Part shown: positions 13,185 to 24,033 of the stretch, in pieces | Numbering within the stretch: the stretch's first letter is position 1 | How the letters are laid out: each line of letters opens with the position of its first letter | NCBI GenBank assembly: GCA_965112735.1 | Contig: OZ218954.1 | Coordinates: 2,480,001-2,544,000 of the forward strand | DNA length: 64,000 bases | Source of the DNA: Phaeosaccion multiseriatum | Taxonomy: Eukaryota > Protista > Ochrophyta, other classes | Reading direction: 5' to 3' | Notes under the pieces: model-generated | The model's input: only the letters and a program-made list of their open reading frames with translations | Database searches by the model: none | Told to the model about the DNA's origin: nothing | Made by a program: the position numbers and the translations under genes

Positions 13185-13361
13185 TCGGCCCCTGACGCTG
13201 TTCTGAGGCGACCCAGGTTCCAGGTTCTGGCCGGCGCCAGCCGGCCAGGTTCCAGGTTCTGGGGGAAAGCCATGTAGTAAGGCAATGATGAGGGCCAAGG
13301 CTGCTCTGCCAAGCCTCGCAGCTTCTGGCCTGGGTCGCCTCAGAACCTTGTCAGGGGCCGA
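13185..13361. mobile_element. MITE family C (TIR TCGGCCCCTGAC..GTTCTGAGGCGACCCAGG)
   Basis: Extended inverted ends; flanks TTGGAT/CTGGAT (5/6 TSD); internal CCAGGTT repeats. Confidence 0.8.
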
Positions 13362-13977
13362 CTGGATCTGAACTGGTTTCTGGCCCTTAGTCCAGTCCGA
13401 CAAACCTGCGCGCTGACCGGCTAACACTGGTGACACCAGATAGCTGGCCCTAGTCGTGACGGCTGACTCCCGGTAATACGAAGGCGGCAGACGGGGGGGT
13501 CGGGGCGGGAGAGGCCAGCGAGGGACGAAGAGATGTTATACATTTGATTAGTGGGCTAGCCTTGAACTACTCAGCTGGCCGCTTGGAGACGGGCGAGAGC
13601 GAAGCAAGGAGGGGCGGCAGCCCGGCCGACGTCGGCGGTAGCAGACAGGCAGACGTTGGGGGTCGACCCGGACTCCGGCCCAAGGCCCACTTCCAAGTGA
13701 GCTAGGGCTTGTGCGCCAGCCTAATAAACCCCAGCTTTAGCCACTGGTCTAGTACGGGTCCGATGGGAAAGTTTGTACATGGGTTGAAGGGGGAGGGGGA
13801 AACCACCAGACGGCGTTGTGTCCCCCTAACCCGCGAAAATCGTCATCTGCAGCCGTGCTGGAAGTGGCTCTCCTTCCCCCTGCAGGCGAGTAGCGCCTGC
13901 AGGCTGATATCGCCGAGGCCTTGATCCGGGCCTGAGCGTGGGCCACGCCGCGTCCCTCCGGCCTTGGGCCTCATGCC

Positions 13978-14605
13978 TCATCCGCAAGGCTTGATACGGA
14001 AGTGCAACGAAACCAGAGAAAAAACAAGACATTTGAGGTCTTGGATGAGGTAGTAGAAGATGCGGAGCCCCTCCGGGTCCTTGCTCTCCTGGACGTCGAG
14101 CAGTGAGCCAATCTTGGCACAGGTAAAGGAAATGTGTTTGTCTCCGAGCTTCACCTCCAGCTCCTGCCGTCCGACTCTGTCCGGCTCTGGCCACGCCGCA
14201 TCGTTCTCCGCCGTCACCTCACTGTCCTCGATGATCCGCTTCACCTCGTCAAGAACAGCCCCGGAGACTGTCACCTGAGGGAGAAGCTGAGTCAGCAGCA
14301 GCATGATAAACGGACACCTCCCAGAGTGGGGCCCGACTCACCTCCTTCCGTATCATCTTGTCATTCTTGTAATTGGAATTGTTGGCGTAGCGGAGCAGAC
14401 CATTCGGTTGAAATTCGAACTCCATGAACTCGTGCCCATGTACTCCCTTGTGCCCGACACTTGAGTTGGACGGAGCGACGAACAACGACGTTGTGGCACA
14501 GCGAGTTAAGAGCAAAAGGGGGCAGGGTTGAGGAAAAGGGGGGGGCGTGATGGTTTGGCCAGAAGTTTGAACTTACTAGTAGCGGCAATAGAATTCCTCC
14601 CCCAT
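13978..14605 (-). CDS. MAGO: Mago nashi, exon junction complex core subunit (2 introns)
   Basis: [10 protein letters not shown]|[65 protein letters not shown]. Confidence 0.97.
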
Positions 14606-14813
14606 GGTAGGGGTGGATCCTGTGTGAGGGTAGTGGGGGGTATGGGGAGGTTCAGCTGGCCTCTCTGCTTATTATCATCTTCACAGCGCCCGCTAATTTT
14701 GGATTCATTGACATAGTCATACCGAGCGCCGAGCACCCACACAGCCGACTCCTCCCCTATCTTTTTCCGTACAAACGCAACGTTCCCCTCAGTCAATAAC
14801 ACCCACCAGAGTC
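14606..14813. promoter_or_regulatory. putative bidirectional promoter shared by MAGO and Y14
   Basis: 208 bp between divergent start codons. Confidence 0.65.
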
Positions 14814-15420
14814 ATGGCGGAGGAGGTAGATTTCGAGCCGGATGCAGATGAGATGGAGGACGAGGTTCCTCCGTCGGCAGCAGCTGGGGTCGAGACCGGT
14901 GGTGCACCTGAACAGGCCGAACCTGCTGCTGTAGCATACACAACGCGTGGGCGTGGTCACACGAAGGACGGAAAGGACAGAGGGCGGTACGAGACGCTGG
15001 GGGGGGGGCAGAACGGGAAACATCTTCGAAGCGTGGAGGGCTACGTGCTGATAGTTCGAGGCGTGCACGAGGTGAGGCAGCGAGAGCACACGGGAAATGA
15101 GCTGCCTACCTAGCCAAGCCCTTTTGATTACTTTCTCACCACGGCCCTCTCTTTGATCTCTTCCGGATCCTATATATCAGGAGGCCCAGGAGGATGATAT
15201 CCTGGACAGCTTTGGGGAGCACGGCGAGGTGAAGAATATTCACGTCAATCTGGATAGGCGTACGGGCTTCGTCAAGGGTTACGCGCTGGTGGAATTTGCC
15301 AAAGAGAAGGAGGCAGAAGCGGCCATTGCGAACATTGGTGGAAAGGAAATGTTGGGACAAGTCATCAGCGTGGACTGGGCGTTCGCTCCGCACAGGGGCG
15401 GAGGGAGGAGGAGGAGGTAG
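14814..15420 (+). CDS. RBM8A: Y14/RBM8A RNA-binding protein, exon junction complex (1 intron, ~15072-15180)
   Basis: RGRGH, RSVEGYVLIVRGVHE|EAQEDDILDSFGEHGEVKNIHVNLDRRTGFVKGYALVEF, ISVDWAF. Confidence 0.96.
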
Positions 15421-15451
15421 AGTCGCTTGCCGTGTAATGCGAATGCATCTC

Positions 15452-16724
15452 TTATTTTAAAGGCGTGGCTTTTTTGTTGCTCCCACCGCCAATGATGTTT
15501 GAAACGCAAAATACCGCCAGAACCGCTGTGGCAAAGAGTGCCCCTGCCTGTTTGGTGGGGGAGAAACGTTTTGTTCAGAAAAGAGAGGGGGTATTTGGAA
15601 AAGCCTTCAGGTATTACCTTTCCCGCCAGGGTGAGAGCACTCATGATGGAGCCGGCAGCGACCACCCCCAGAAAGATGCTCAGCATTGCCGACCGGAAGG
15701 ACATGCCGAGCAGGAAGGCTCCCATCGCACCTGGAGGGGAGCGGCAGCAGTAAGTGATGATTACCGTCGTCAAAGGCGCTCTCGACAAAGATTTTCCACC
15801 CCGCCCAGCTTACCAGTCCATGCGCCAGTTCCTGGTAGGGGGATACCTACAAACAGGGTCAATGCCAGGGCCTGGGCAGAGGAAAGGCGGAACGACGGCG
15901 CGGTGTCAAGTACGACCGGGAGGGAGGGGAGCAAACTCAGTCTACCCACCTGTGAGGAAGCATCTCCAAATTCGCTGGCCTTTTTACGAGCTCTGTCCAG
16001 CACCGGCTTTGCGAGGTCTTGTATTGTCTTGGAACGGAGTCCTAAAAGAATAAAGGGTATTGGGATCATATTCCCCAGGATGCACAGGCCAAAGACCTTG
16101 CTCAGAGGCAACCCCATCCATAATCCCACTGGAATCCCACCCCGGAGCTCCACCACAGGCATGGCCGATATTAGCATTAGCACCAAGTCGTCGGGTAGAC
16201 CCTGAAGTGCACATGGACGCCCATGAAGGGAGAAAGGTGAGATGAGAGAGGCCCTTCCATGGAGCCAAGCGAGACTCGACTTGAACCACTCACCCCACTC
16301 CGGAAGAAGTTTGCAACCTTCTGCCCGATGTGCAGATGTTGTGACGAGGCCGCAGCCACCTGCAAAAACACAACAGCAGCAGTAGTAGCAGCAGCAGGTG
16401 GGTACACATGTTTTTCCGGTCTCTGCGGCCAAGCTGTTCTCGAAACCGTACCGCAGAGTCTGCCAAGGCCCTCCGGGAATGGGCAACGAGACCGAGAGCG
16501 AAGCCGCCCAAGCCTTTCGAGAGACGTCCTTTTTTTTGTTTCCTCGTGCAAAGCGGGGCCTCGCAGGCCGTGTGCGCACGCATGCTTGTGGAGAATGTGT
16601 TGGACGAAAGAAAGCCATTGGGTCTTACAGCTGCCCTGCCTTTCACCACTAGTGGTGGCAAACAAGTAAAGCAAAATGCAACCTCATTGAGGATCGCCAA
16701 AACTAGGACATGAAGGACCCTCAT
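15452..16724 (-). CDS. small multidrug export family protein (Sm_multidrug_ex-like) with N-terminal presequence
   Basis: ISAMPVVELRGGIPVG, LFVGIPLPGTGAWTG, GAMGAFLLGM; exon-1 boundaries approximate. Confidence 0.85.
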
Positions 16725-16866
16725 GCTCAAAAAGGAGGGCAGGGCAGGAGATGAGAAGCAGGGGGATGATGAAGCACGCGAGTTGGTGATACATTTGAGT
16801 TGCAGTTTCTTGGAATTGCTCCTTCCCCCATCGCCCCCACCGCCCCACCGTACGAATAAAATAACC

Positions 16867-18943
16867 ATGGAAGTGGAGCAGCAGCAAGAGCAGCCACAGC
16901 CGCAGCCCCAGGAGGAAGAGAAGGATGGTACCGAGGAGAAACAGGAGCAGAAGGAGGGGGAGGTCCCCCTTTCAGGCGTTTTGGAGTCGGTCTCCCCAGC
17001 CCCGCTCCCCGTCCCCGCGCCCCCGACGTTTGATTTAGAGACCTACATTGGGCGCTACGGGGGCCAAACCAAACTCATGAGACTGCTGTTTATCGCTGAG
17101 CGATGTCCCGACCTTACTGCGGAAGCTTGTCGTGCGGCTCTGGAAGATATCAAGGGGGGAATGAACACCAGCGCGTACGGCTTGCTCCAAAAGTACTTGC
17201 AGCACCTGCCTAGTGATTCCCTACCTGCGACGGGCTGGGTGGAGCAGCAGAATCGAAGGGCGTCGTCCATTCACGATCGCCTCGAGCAGGAGCTGAGCAG
17301 CTACAAGACGAATCTTATCAAGGCACGTCCCCTTTTCTTCCCTCTTTCCTGCTTGCTCTACCTAACTGTACCTCCTGTCTTGAACCACCAAAAGGAAAGC
17401 ATTCGCATGGGATTCAACGAGCTCGGTGACTTCCACTACAAGAGAGGGTCTCTGAATGAGGCTCTCAAGTGCTATGTGCGCACCAGGGACTACTGCACCA
17501 CCAATCGCCACAGCGCAGAGATGTGTTTGAACGTCATCAAAGTGCGCGCTCGGTTATGAGAAGGGGGTTAGGTCGCCTCGAATTTCATTGACTTCCCTAC
17601 CTCCAACCCTGAATGAAATGCCCCCCCTGCCTCCCTCCACGCACAGGTCAGCATCGACCTCGGTAGCTGGCAACATGTGAACAGCTACGTGGCCAAGGCA
17701 GAGCACACGGCAGATATCTCTGACCCGATCGTTCTAGCCAAGCTCAAGGCCGTGGCGGGTTTGTTTCAGCTTCAACAGAGTGATTATTTCCGAGCTGCTT
17801 CATGCTTTATCGAGGTCAAGCCAGAGCTAGGAGCCGGCTTCTCTCAGGTGTGCGCGCCAAGTCTGTTGTTCCCTGGGTGCCTGCTCCAGAGCGTAACATT
17901 GTCGGGTCGACGCCTCGTTTCCCCTTTCTTAGGTCATGGCACCAGAAGATGTGGCCATATACGGTGGGCTGTGTGCACTCGCTTCGTTTTCTCGGCAAGA
18001 GCTGAAGAGAGACGTACGTAACAGGAGACGTACGAAACGGGACGTGATAGTGAGTTCCTATTTTATGGACGGTGCTCTCTCTCTCCCCTCTTTTCTCTCT
18101 TCACAGGTACTGGAGAACGCTTGCTTCAAGCACTTTCTCGACCTTGTGCCGCGAGTTCGAGAGCTCATTAGTGACTTGTATCACTCCAAGTACAAGTCCT
18201 TCCTGGAGTACTTGGATGTGCTCAAGGCAGAGCTGCGGCTGGACCTGCACCTCCATAAGCACATTGAGCGGCTCTGTGAGAAGGTAGGTTCTGTGTGTAT
18301 CTGAACTGGAGCCTCTCCTCCTCTTCTTTGCGGGTGTATAAAGCTCTTTGTCACGCACCTCTTGTTTCTCTCTCTGTCTCTCGTTTGCAAGATTCGAGAC
18401 AACTGCCTCGTCCAATACTTTTCGCCGTACATTTCGGTTCGATTGCAGTCAATGGCGGATGCTTTTGGATCGACAGTGGGGGAGATTGAAAAGCAGGTAA
18501 AGACTGGCATGCGTTGACAAGACAAAACGGGAAGGTGGCATGTCTAATTCTCTCTCGTCATGCGCTCAGGTTGAAGCTCTCATTGTCAGGAACGTCATAG
18601 CCGCTCGCATCGACAGCCGCAGCGCAACCCTGCACACGAAACAAGCGGAGCAAAGAAACGTGAGCTACTCCAAAGTCCTTCGTTTGGGTGAGACCTTCCA
18701 GAACGAGCTGCAGGTGAGGTGTCCGTGCTCTTTCTGCATGCCCACGTCACCCTCCATTAAGGTACCCCCCCCCCCCAACAACAACCCCCACCCCACCCGT
18801 TTCCTTCCCTATAGGCCATCCTACTTCGAATGAGCTGCATCGAAAATGACCTTGTCGTTCGGGGCCGCCCGGGGGGGGCGACTGATCACGATCCGCTGAG
18901 TATGGAAGGAGGCCATCACCACCACCACAAGGAGCTCCTCTAA
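16867..18943 (+). CDS. CSN1: COP9 signalosome subunit 1 (PCI protein, multi-exon)
   Basis: FDLETYIGRY, RLLFIA, NLIK|ESIRMG, ALKCYVRTRDYCT, DVAIYGGLCALASFSRQELK, LVQYFSPY, ARIDS. Confidence 0.95.
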
Positions 18944-19041
18944 TCTCAATCTCACGCGGGAGACACGGAACGAAGGAAAGCGGGGCCTGTGAGAAGGGAA
19001 CTAGACCTGTGAGATAAGATAATGTACATACGATCGGCCTC

Positions 19042-19309
19042 TCGACCCCTGACGTTCTACCTGCTACCTGTTGCCGCCGGCGCCAGCCGGCCTGCTACCT
19101 GCTACCGCCGGCGTCAGCCAATGTGCTACCTGTTATTGGCCGACCAGCCGGCCGACCAACCATCAGCTGCCACCGCCGGCGTGAGCTAGCTGCTACCTGA
19201 TACCGCGTGAGCTGGCGGGCTACCTGCTACCGGCGTCAGCCCGTCTTGACCTGCTACCGGCGCGATTATCTGCTACCGCCGGCGTCTGCTATCGCCGGCG
19301 CCAGTCGGC
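19042..19309. mobile_element. MITE family A, right end missing
   Basis: TCGACCCCTGACG at 19042 followed by GCTACC/GCCGGCG repeats; no GTCAGGGGTCGA found. Confidence 0.7.
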
Positions 19310-19487
19310 GAGAGCAAAGCAAAAAAGAGTTTCAGTTTCTTGGGTGATTCCTCTTACTTCGAAGTAAGTCAATAACCTCATTTTTTATCGCCGCTCGCGA
19401 CAGCGTTTGCGTGCAGGCATGCTCTATGGTCTGCTTGTTGTTGTACTGATTTGTGTACATCTGTCAGTGCCCGCCAAGGCGTTTTTG
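19310..19487 (+). repeat. 178-bp duplicate (A1) of the upstream region and first codons of the gene at 23151
   Basis: Identical by eye to 23042-23219. Confidence 0.92.
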
Positions 19488-22400
19488 AGGACCCGGCACT
19501 CAACACCAGGCGGGTCCCCTTGGCCGACACAAGCGCTCTGTCCGGGCCCAGGACAAGAGGCTCGCTTTCCACCACACCAGTATCTACTCTCCTCCTTGAC
19601 AGTGTGCTCCACTCTTCCTGGGCTCTGTCTCCGCCGCCTCAGTAAGTGACAGCGCACGCCAAGGTCTCTCCTCTTCTGAAAAATCTAAATTCCCTGCTTC
19701 ACTGACATACTGTACATCTCCCCAGAGGGGACCCCCCCCCTTGGGGCGGTACCAAGCACCTACGCTGACGCTTCGCCCTGCTGGCTCCCATGTCTCCCAC
19801 CTCTTCCTCGTCTCTGTTCCGCGAGAAACAAAGTTCCGTTGCTGCGCTGCTGAACAGGCTTTCGCGCCGTCACGGCGCTCGGGCGAAGGTGGGGAGCCAG
19901 TGAGAGGCCTCCTCCCTTCAGTCGTAGGCGAGGGCCCGGGAGATGTCCGACTCCCGCTCCAAGGCGTCGCAGTATGCAGGCTGAGGGCTATCCACATCCA
20001 CGCCGTAGCCGGCTGTTCGAGGCCAAGAGGAATAGGGCTGGACTCCCAGGTGGCCACCTGCTCCGCAGGTGGAGAGGTCGTGGACCAGGGGTAGCTAACG
20101 TTGGGGGAAGGACTCATCATTAGTAGGGGGGGGCAGTCCCGTGAGGGACTCCCACCTTGGGAGCGCAGAGCGCCTCCAAGGGGGCCGCCTCCATGGAGGG
20201 AGGCGGGCACCGGGTTTCGGATGTAGTGGAGCTTGGGGTGCCACCGCAGTGAGCACCCCAAGTCCCGCTTCACCCCCACCCATCCGAGTACCCACCGGTG
20301 CGCTGCGAGGGTGCAGCAGCACCTGCCCCAGCCTAGTCGAGAGCCCACTCTCCCGATCGTAGTCGGCCGGTACACAAAACACAAAGATACACAAACATTC
20401 ATACGCACACAGACATAATAATACACATACAGGGGCAACAGTAGACGCAGACGCACACCAGTACACACACACATATAAACACCCGCCGCGTGTACCGGTG
20501 TAGGGCTGCTGGTGTTGTTGCCAAGGGCTGCGCTCCCCGCTGCTGGGGGAGGAATGATGGCGAGGGAGGAGCCGCTGGTGTCGCCACGGGCAGAGTCCGT
20601 GTCCTTTGAAGAGGTCCCTTCGCACGCCCCCTGCTGACCATCACACACCCCCCACTCGCTTGGGATGGTGTGCGGGGGGGGGGGCGAGCCACTGAGCGAA
20701 ATACACTGCGCAGTCCTCTGGCACGGCTGGTGGAAGCAGCAAAGCGCGCCCAAACCGGCAAATTCGGATTCTTTTCGGAATCACAGATCCAAAAGTGTCC
20801 ATATATCCAACCCCTGTAGAAAAGCCGAAAATGCCCTCACCGAAGCGCTCATGTTTTCCGCTCCAAGCTCTTCGAACATCAACTCGTAGAAGTTACCCTT
20901 CTGCACACGCCGTACCAAGACCACTCCGCTGCGATTCCAACCGTCCGCCGCGGACTTCCGCTGTACCAGCTGAGCAATACAACGAATGCCAAACACCTCG
21001 GTGCTGCGGGCCCGAAAAATGAACAAGTCCAATATCTCAAGCGCGGCGGCACCAATCCCTCGACCACCGAGCACGATAGCAAGAGGGTAGTCCATCCATA
21101 CTACCGGAAGTAAGTCGTGCAAGCAGAGCGAGCCACAAGCCCTGTTCTCTCCCATCCTCCATGTTCACACCGCTCACGAGCCCCAACGCCGAAAAAACCA
21201 TCACCTTCTCTTCTGCATCACAGGCAGGCCCCGACTTCCACTCCATAGCTGTTGTGAACGACCAAACATCATGCTTCCGCCGTCCGTTACAGATAAGTAG
21301 CCAGATTGCTCAATGCCCCAATTTCCTTCAGCACCGGACGACGTACATCGCCGTACACTCCGTAGACGGTCACCAAACGCTGCCGTACCTCCCGAAATGC
21401 GAGTACCGTACACTCCCAATGCCGCCTTCCAATTCCCAATTCTCCCTCGTATGCTGTGCCTCTCTTGTCGCCCATCGGTTCGCTGTTATGGCCACAGGTC
21501 CCATATCCGCTCCACACGGAAACTCGAGGCGCCAACCACGATCAAAGGGCTCTCCGGTTCCTTCCAACAGCCCGAATAGCTGCCTTCGCATCCATGCTGC
21601 CACCTTTGACGCTCGTACTAACTGCCTTGCGGTTGCTGTTTGTCCTGAGAGCTGAGCCTCCATCGGACCCCCCCCCTCCCCCTCCCATGCGTTCGAGATG
21701 GTGAGGGAGGTACAGCTGTAGTCCGTCTCCTTCCCTTCGCCGCTCCTCGGCCCGATATGTCTCTCGGATGTAGCTGCCGGAGGTGAGCCGTGCGAGCTCC
21801 CGTATCGAAGGTCAGCTACGCCCCCACCCATCCAGAGAGACTGCAGGCAAGCCCAGTGGCGACCACGTACGCCTCCTTCTGGCCATACTGCTGTTGTAGG
21901 TGGGAGACACTCCAACAACAAGGGAGGTACACTTAAAGACGCAGACGTACACAAACATTCACAGGCACACAGATATAGACAAAGGCACAATACAGGGACA
22001 CCAGCACCCACAAACGCACACTAGCACACACAGACGCAGACCAGCACACACAGATACAAACACACATCGTGTGTAGGGGCAGTGACCACGGCTGCTGTTG
22101 CCTAGGACTGCCCCGCCCGCCGTTGAGGGCCGGAATGGCGAGGGATGAGCCGCTGTTGTCACCGCGCGCAGAGCCAGCCTCCTTTGCGGGGGAGGCCCAT
22201 ATTCGCACGCCAAACACAGGAAATACGCACCCTACACACAGAAACACCGTCTGGACATACACACACAAACATACAGACAAACACCTGGAAGAGCTAAGGG
22301 GCCTGCTGTCACCCGGGAGCCCCTTTCGTCTCGTAAAAAGACAAAAAATGCCGTGGACCACACCCCCCAAACCTTGGGCCACGGGAGAGAGGAGAGGGCG

Positions 22401-23041
22401 GAGAGATGAGTAGGGCGTCGGCCTCAACACCGGACGCGGATCCTACGGCGATACCAGCAAGGAAGAAAGGGCGAAGAGGGCAAAAGGCGCCGGCACTCAA
22501 CACCGGGGAGGCGGTCGGCACTCAACACCAGACACCGCTCCTAAGCCGTAGAGCCCCACAACACCGGCAAAGGGAAAGAAAAGAAGAGTTCCGGCACTCA
22601 ACACCGTGGACACTGTCGGCACTCAACACCAGACACAGTCTCCCTATCTCTCCTTCCCTCGCCCACGAGGACCCCGGCACTCAACACCAGGCGGGTCCCC
22701 TTGGCCGACACAAGCGCTCTGTCCGGGCCCAGGACAAGAGGCTCGCTTTCCACCACACCAGTATCTACTCTCCTCCTTGACAGTGTGCTCCACTCTTCCT
22801 GGGCTCTGTCTCCGCCGCCTCAGTAAGTGACAGCGCACGCCAAGGTCTCTCCTCTTCTGAAAAATCTAAATTCCCTGCTTCACTGACATACTGTACATCT
22901 CCCCAGAGGGGACCCCCCCCCTTGGGGCGGTACCAAGCACCTACGCTGACGCTTCGCCCTGCTGGCTCCCATGTCTCCCACCTCTTCCTCGTCTCTGTTC
23001 CGCGAGAAACAAAGTTCCGTTGCTGCGCTGCTGAACAGGCT
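19488..23041. mobile_element. non-autonomous element with ~373-bp direct terminal repeats (B1 19488-19860, B2 22668-23041); class uncertain
   Basis: Terminal repeats differ by one C; no TG..CA ends; no recognisable RT, integrase or transposase; interior has a degenerate duplication and a GGCACTCAACACC motif cluster. Confidence 0.75.
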
Positions 23042-23150
23042 GAGAGCAAAGCAAAAAAGAGTTTCAGTTTCTTGGGTGATTCCTCTTACTTCGAAGTAAG
23101 TCAATAACCTCATTTTTTATCGCCGCTCGCGACAGCGTTTGCGTGCAGGC

Positions 23151-23984
23151 ATGCTCTATGGTCTGCTTGTTGTTGTACTGATTTGTGTACATCTGTCAGT
23201 GCCCGCCAAGGCGTTTTTGTCACCACTTAGCCCATCAAGCCGAGCTCATGTTGCTGCGCGTGGACCGAGAGGGCTTGCTCCTTCAACTCGCACTTGCCCG
23301 CGCATGACATTGGATGCGCTTGGGGGAAGTCTCGTCGCGACGGAGAGGTAGGGCGAAGGAGGCTCATGGGAGAGGATATGGCGCGTTGATAACACCCAGC
23401 ACCTTTGTACTTTCCTCGCCCTTTGTCCAGCCCCCTGAGCACGTGGGCAGGGACCATCCTCGCAGAAGGAAACATTGCAGGCGCGAACAATATCATCTTC
23501 CAGGTACTCTCCAGCGTAACGTATATATGGGCAGTCTTTATTGGAGCCACTTACGCGTCCTTGCATGCCTACTGCTGTTTTGTAGAACGTGTTTGTCGGA
23601 GGTATGGTCATCATCGGGTCTGGCATCGTCGCAGCGTACATCGTTGGAACACTGCTCGAGTATGCGGACATTGAGGAGGTGAGGAGGGTATATTTGCATG
23701 CCTGGTCTGTTTCGAGGAGGAGCGGCGTTGGAAAGTATACATGCACCTCTGACATGGACGAGTGCGCCTTCCTTCTGGTGCGCCCGCCCCGTGCCATCTT
23801 TTCGCTCCTGCAGATTGCCGACAACCTGGGGGGGCTAGTTGAGAAGGAGTCTGATCTAGCGGATCAGATGGAGCGGAGAAAGGTCAAGGAGAAGAAGAAG
23901 GCGGAGGAGGTTGCGGCGGCATCAAAGGGCACCTTTGAATCTGTCGATCTCAGTGAAATTGTGGACGAGTACTCCGGCTCATAA
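23151..23984 (+). CDS. small plastid-targeted membrane protein, hypothetical (4 exons)
   Basis: Signal peptide MLYGLLVVVLICVHLSVPAKA-FLSP (ASAFAP-like) plus S/R-rich transit peptide; TM segment NVFVGGMVIIGSGIVAAYIVG; GT-AG introns join in frame. Confidence 0.7.
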
Positions 23985-24033
23985 GATTAGACCAGCAGCG
24001 CCAAAAAAACTGGAGTGCTTTTCATTCCTTCTT

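Noticed and set aside
13370-13666. Further family-A MITE ending GGGGGTCGA near 13666
   Set aside because: Too degenerate; no left TIR or TSD could be placed
19488-19860. Hammerhead ribozyme in repeat B (expected for many Penelope-like elements)
   Set aside because: No CTGANGA core found by eye on either strand, so the Penelope-like assignment stays unproven
22420-22690. Mini-CRISPR from GGCACTCAACACC repeats
   Set aside because: Repeat is only 13 bp, spacing is irregular and it lies inside a mobile element
19310-23219. Canonical LTR retrotransposon or DIRS/Ngaro split-repeat element
   Set aside because: No TG..CA ends, short TSD or pol gene; order is A-B..B-A, and A is host gene sequence
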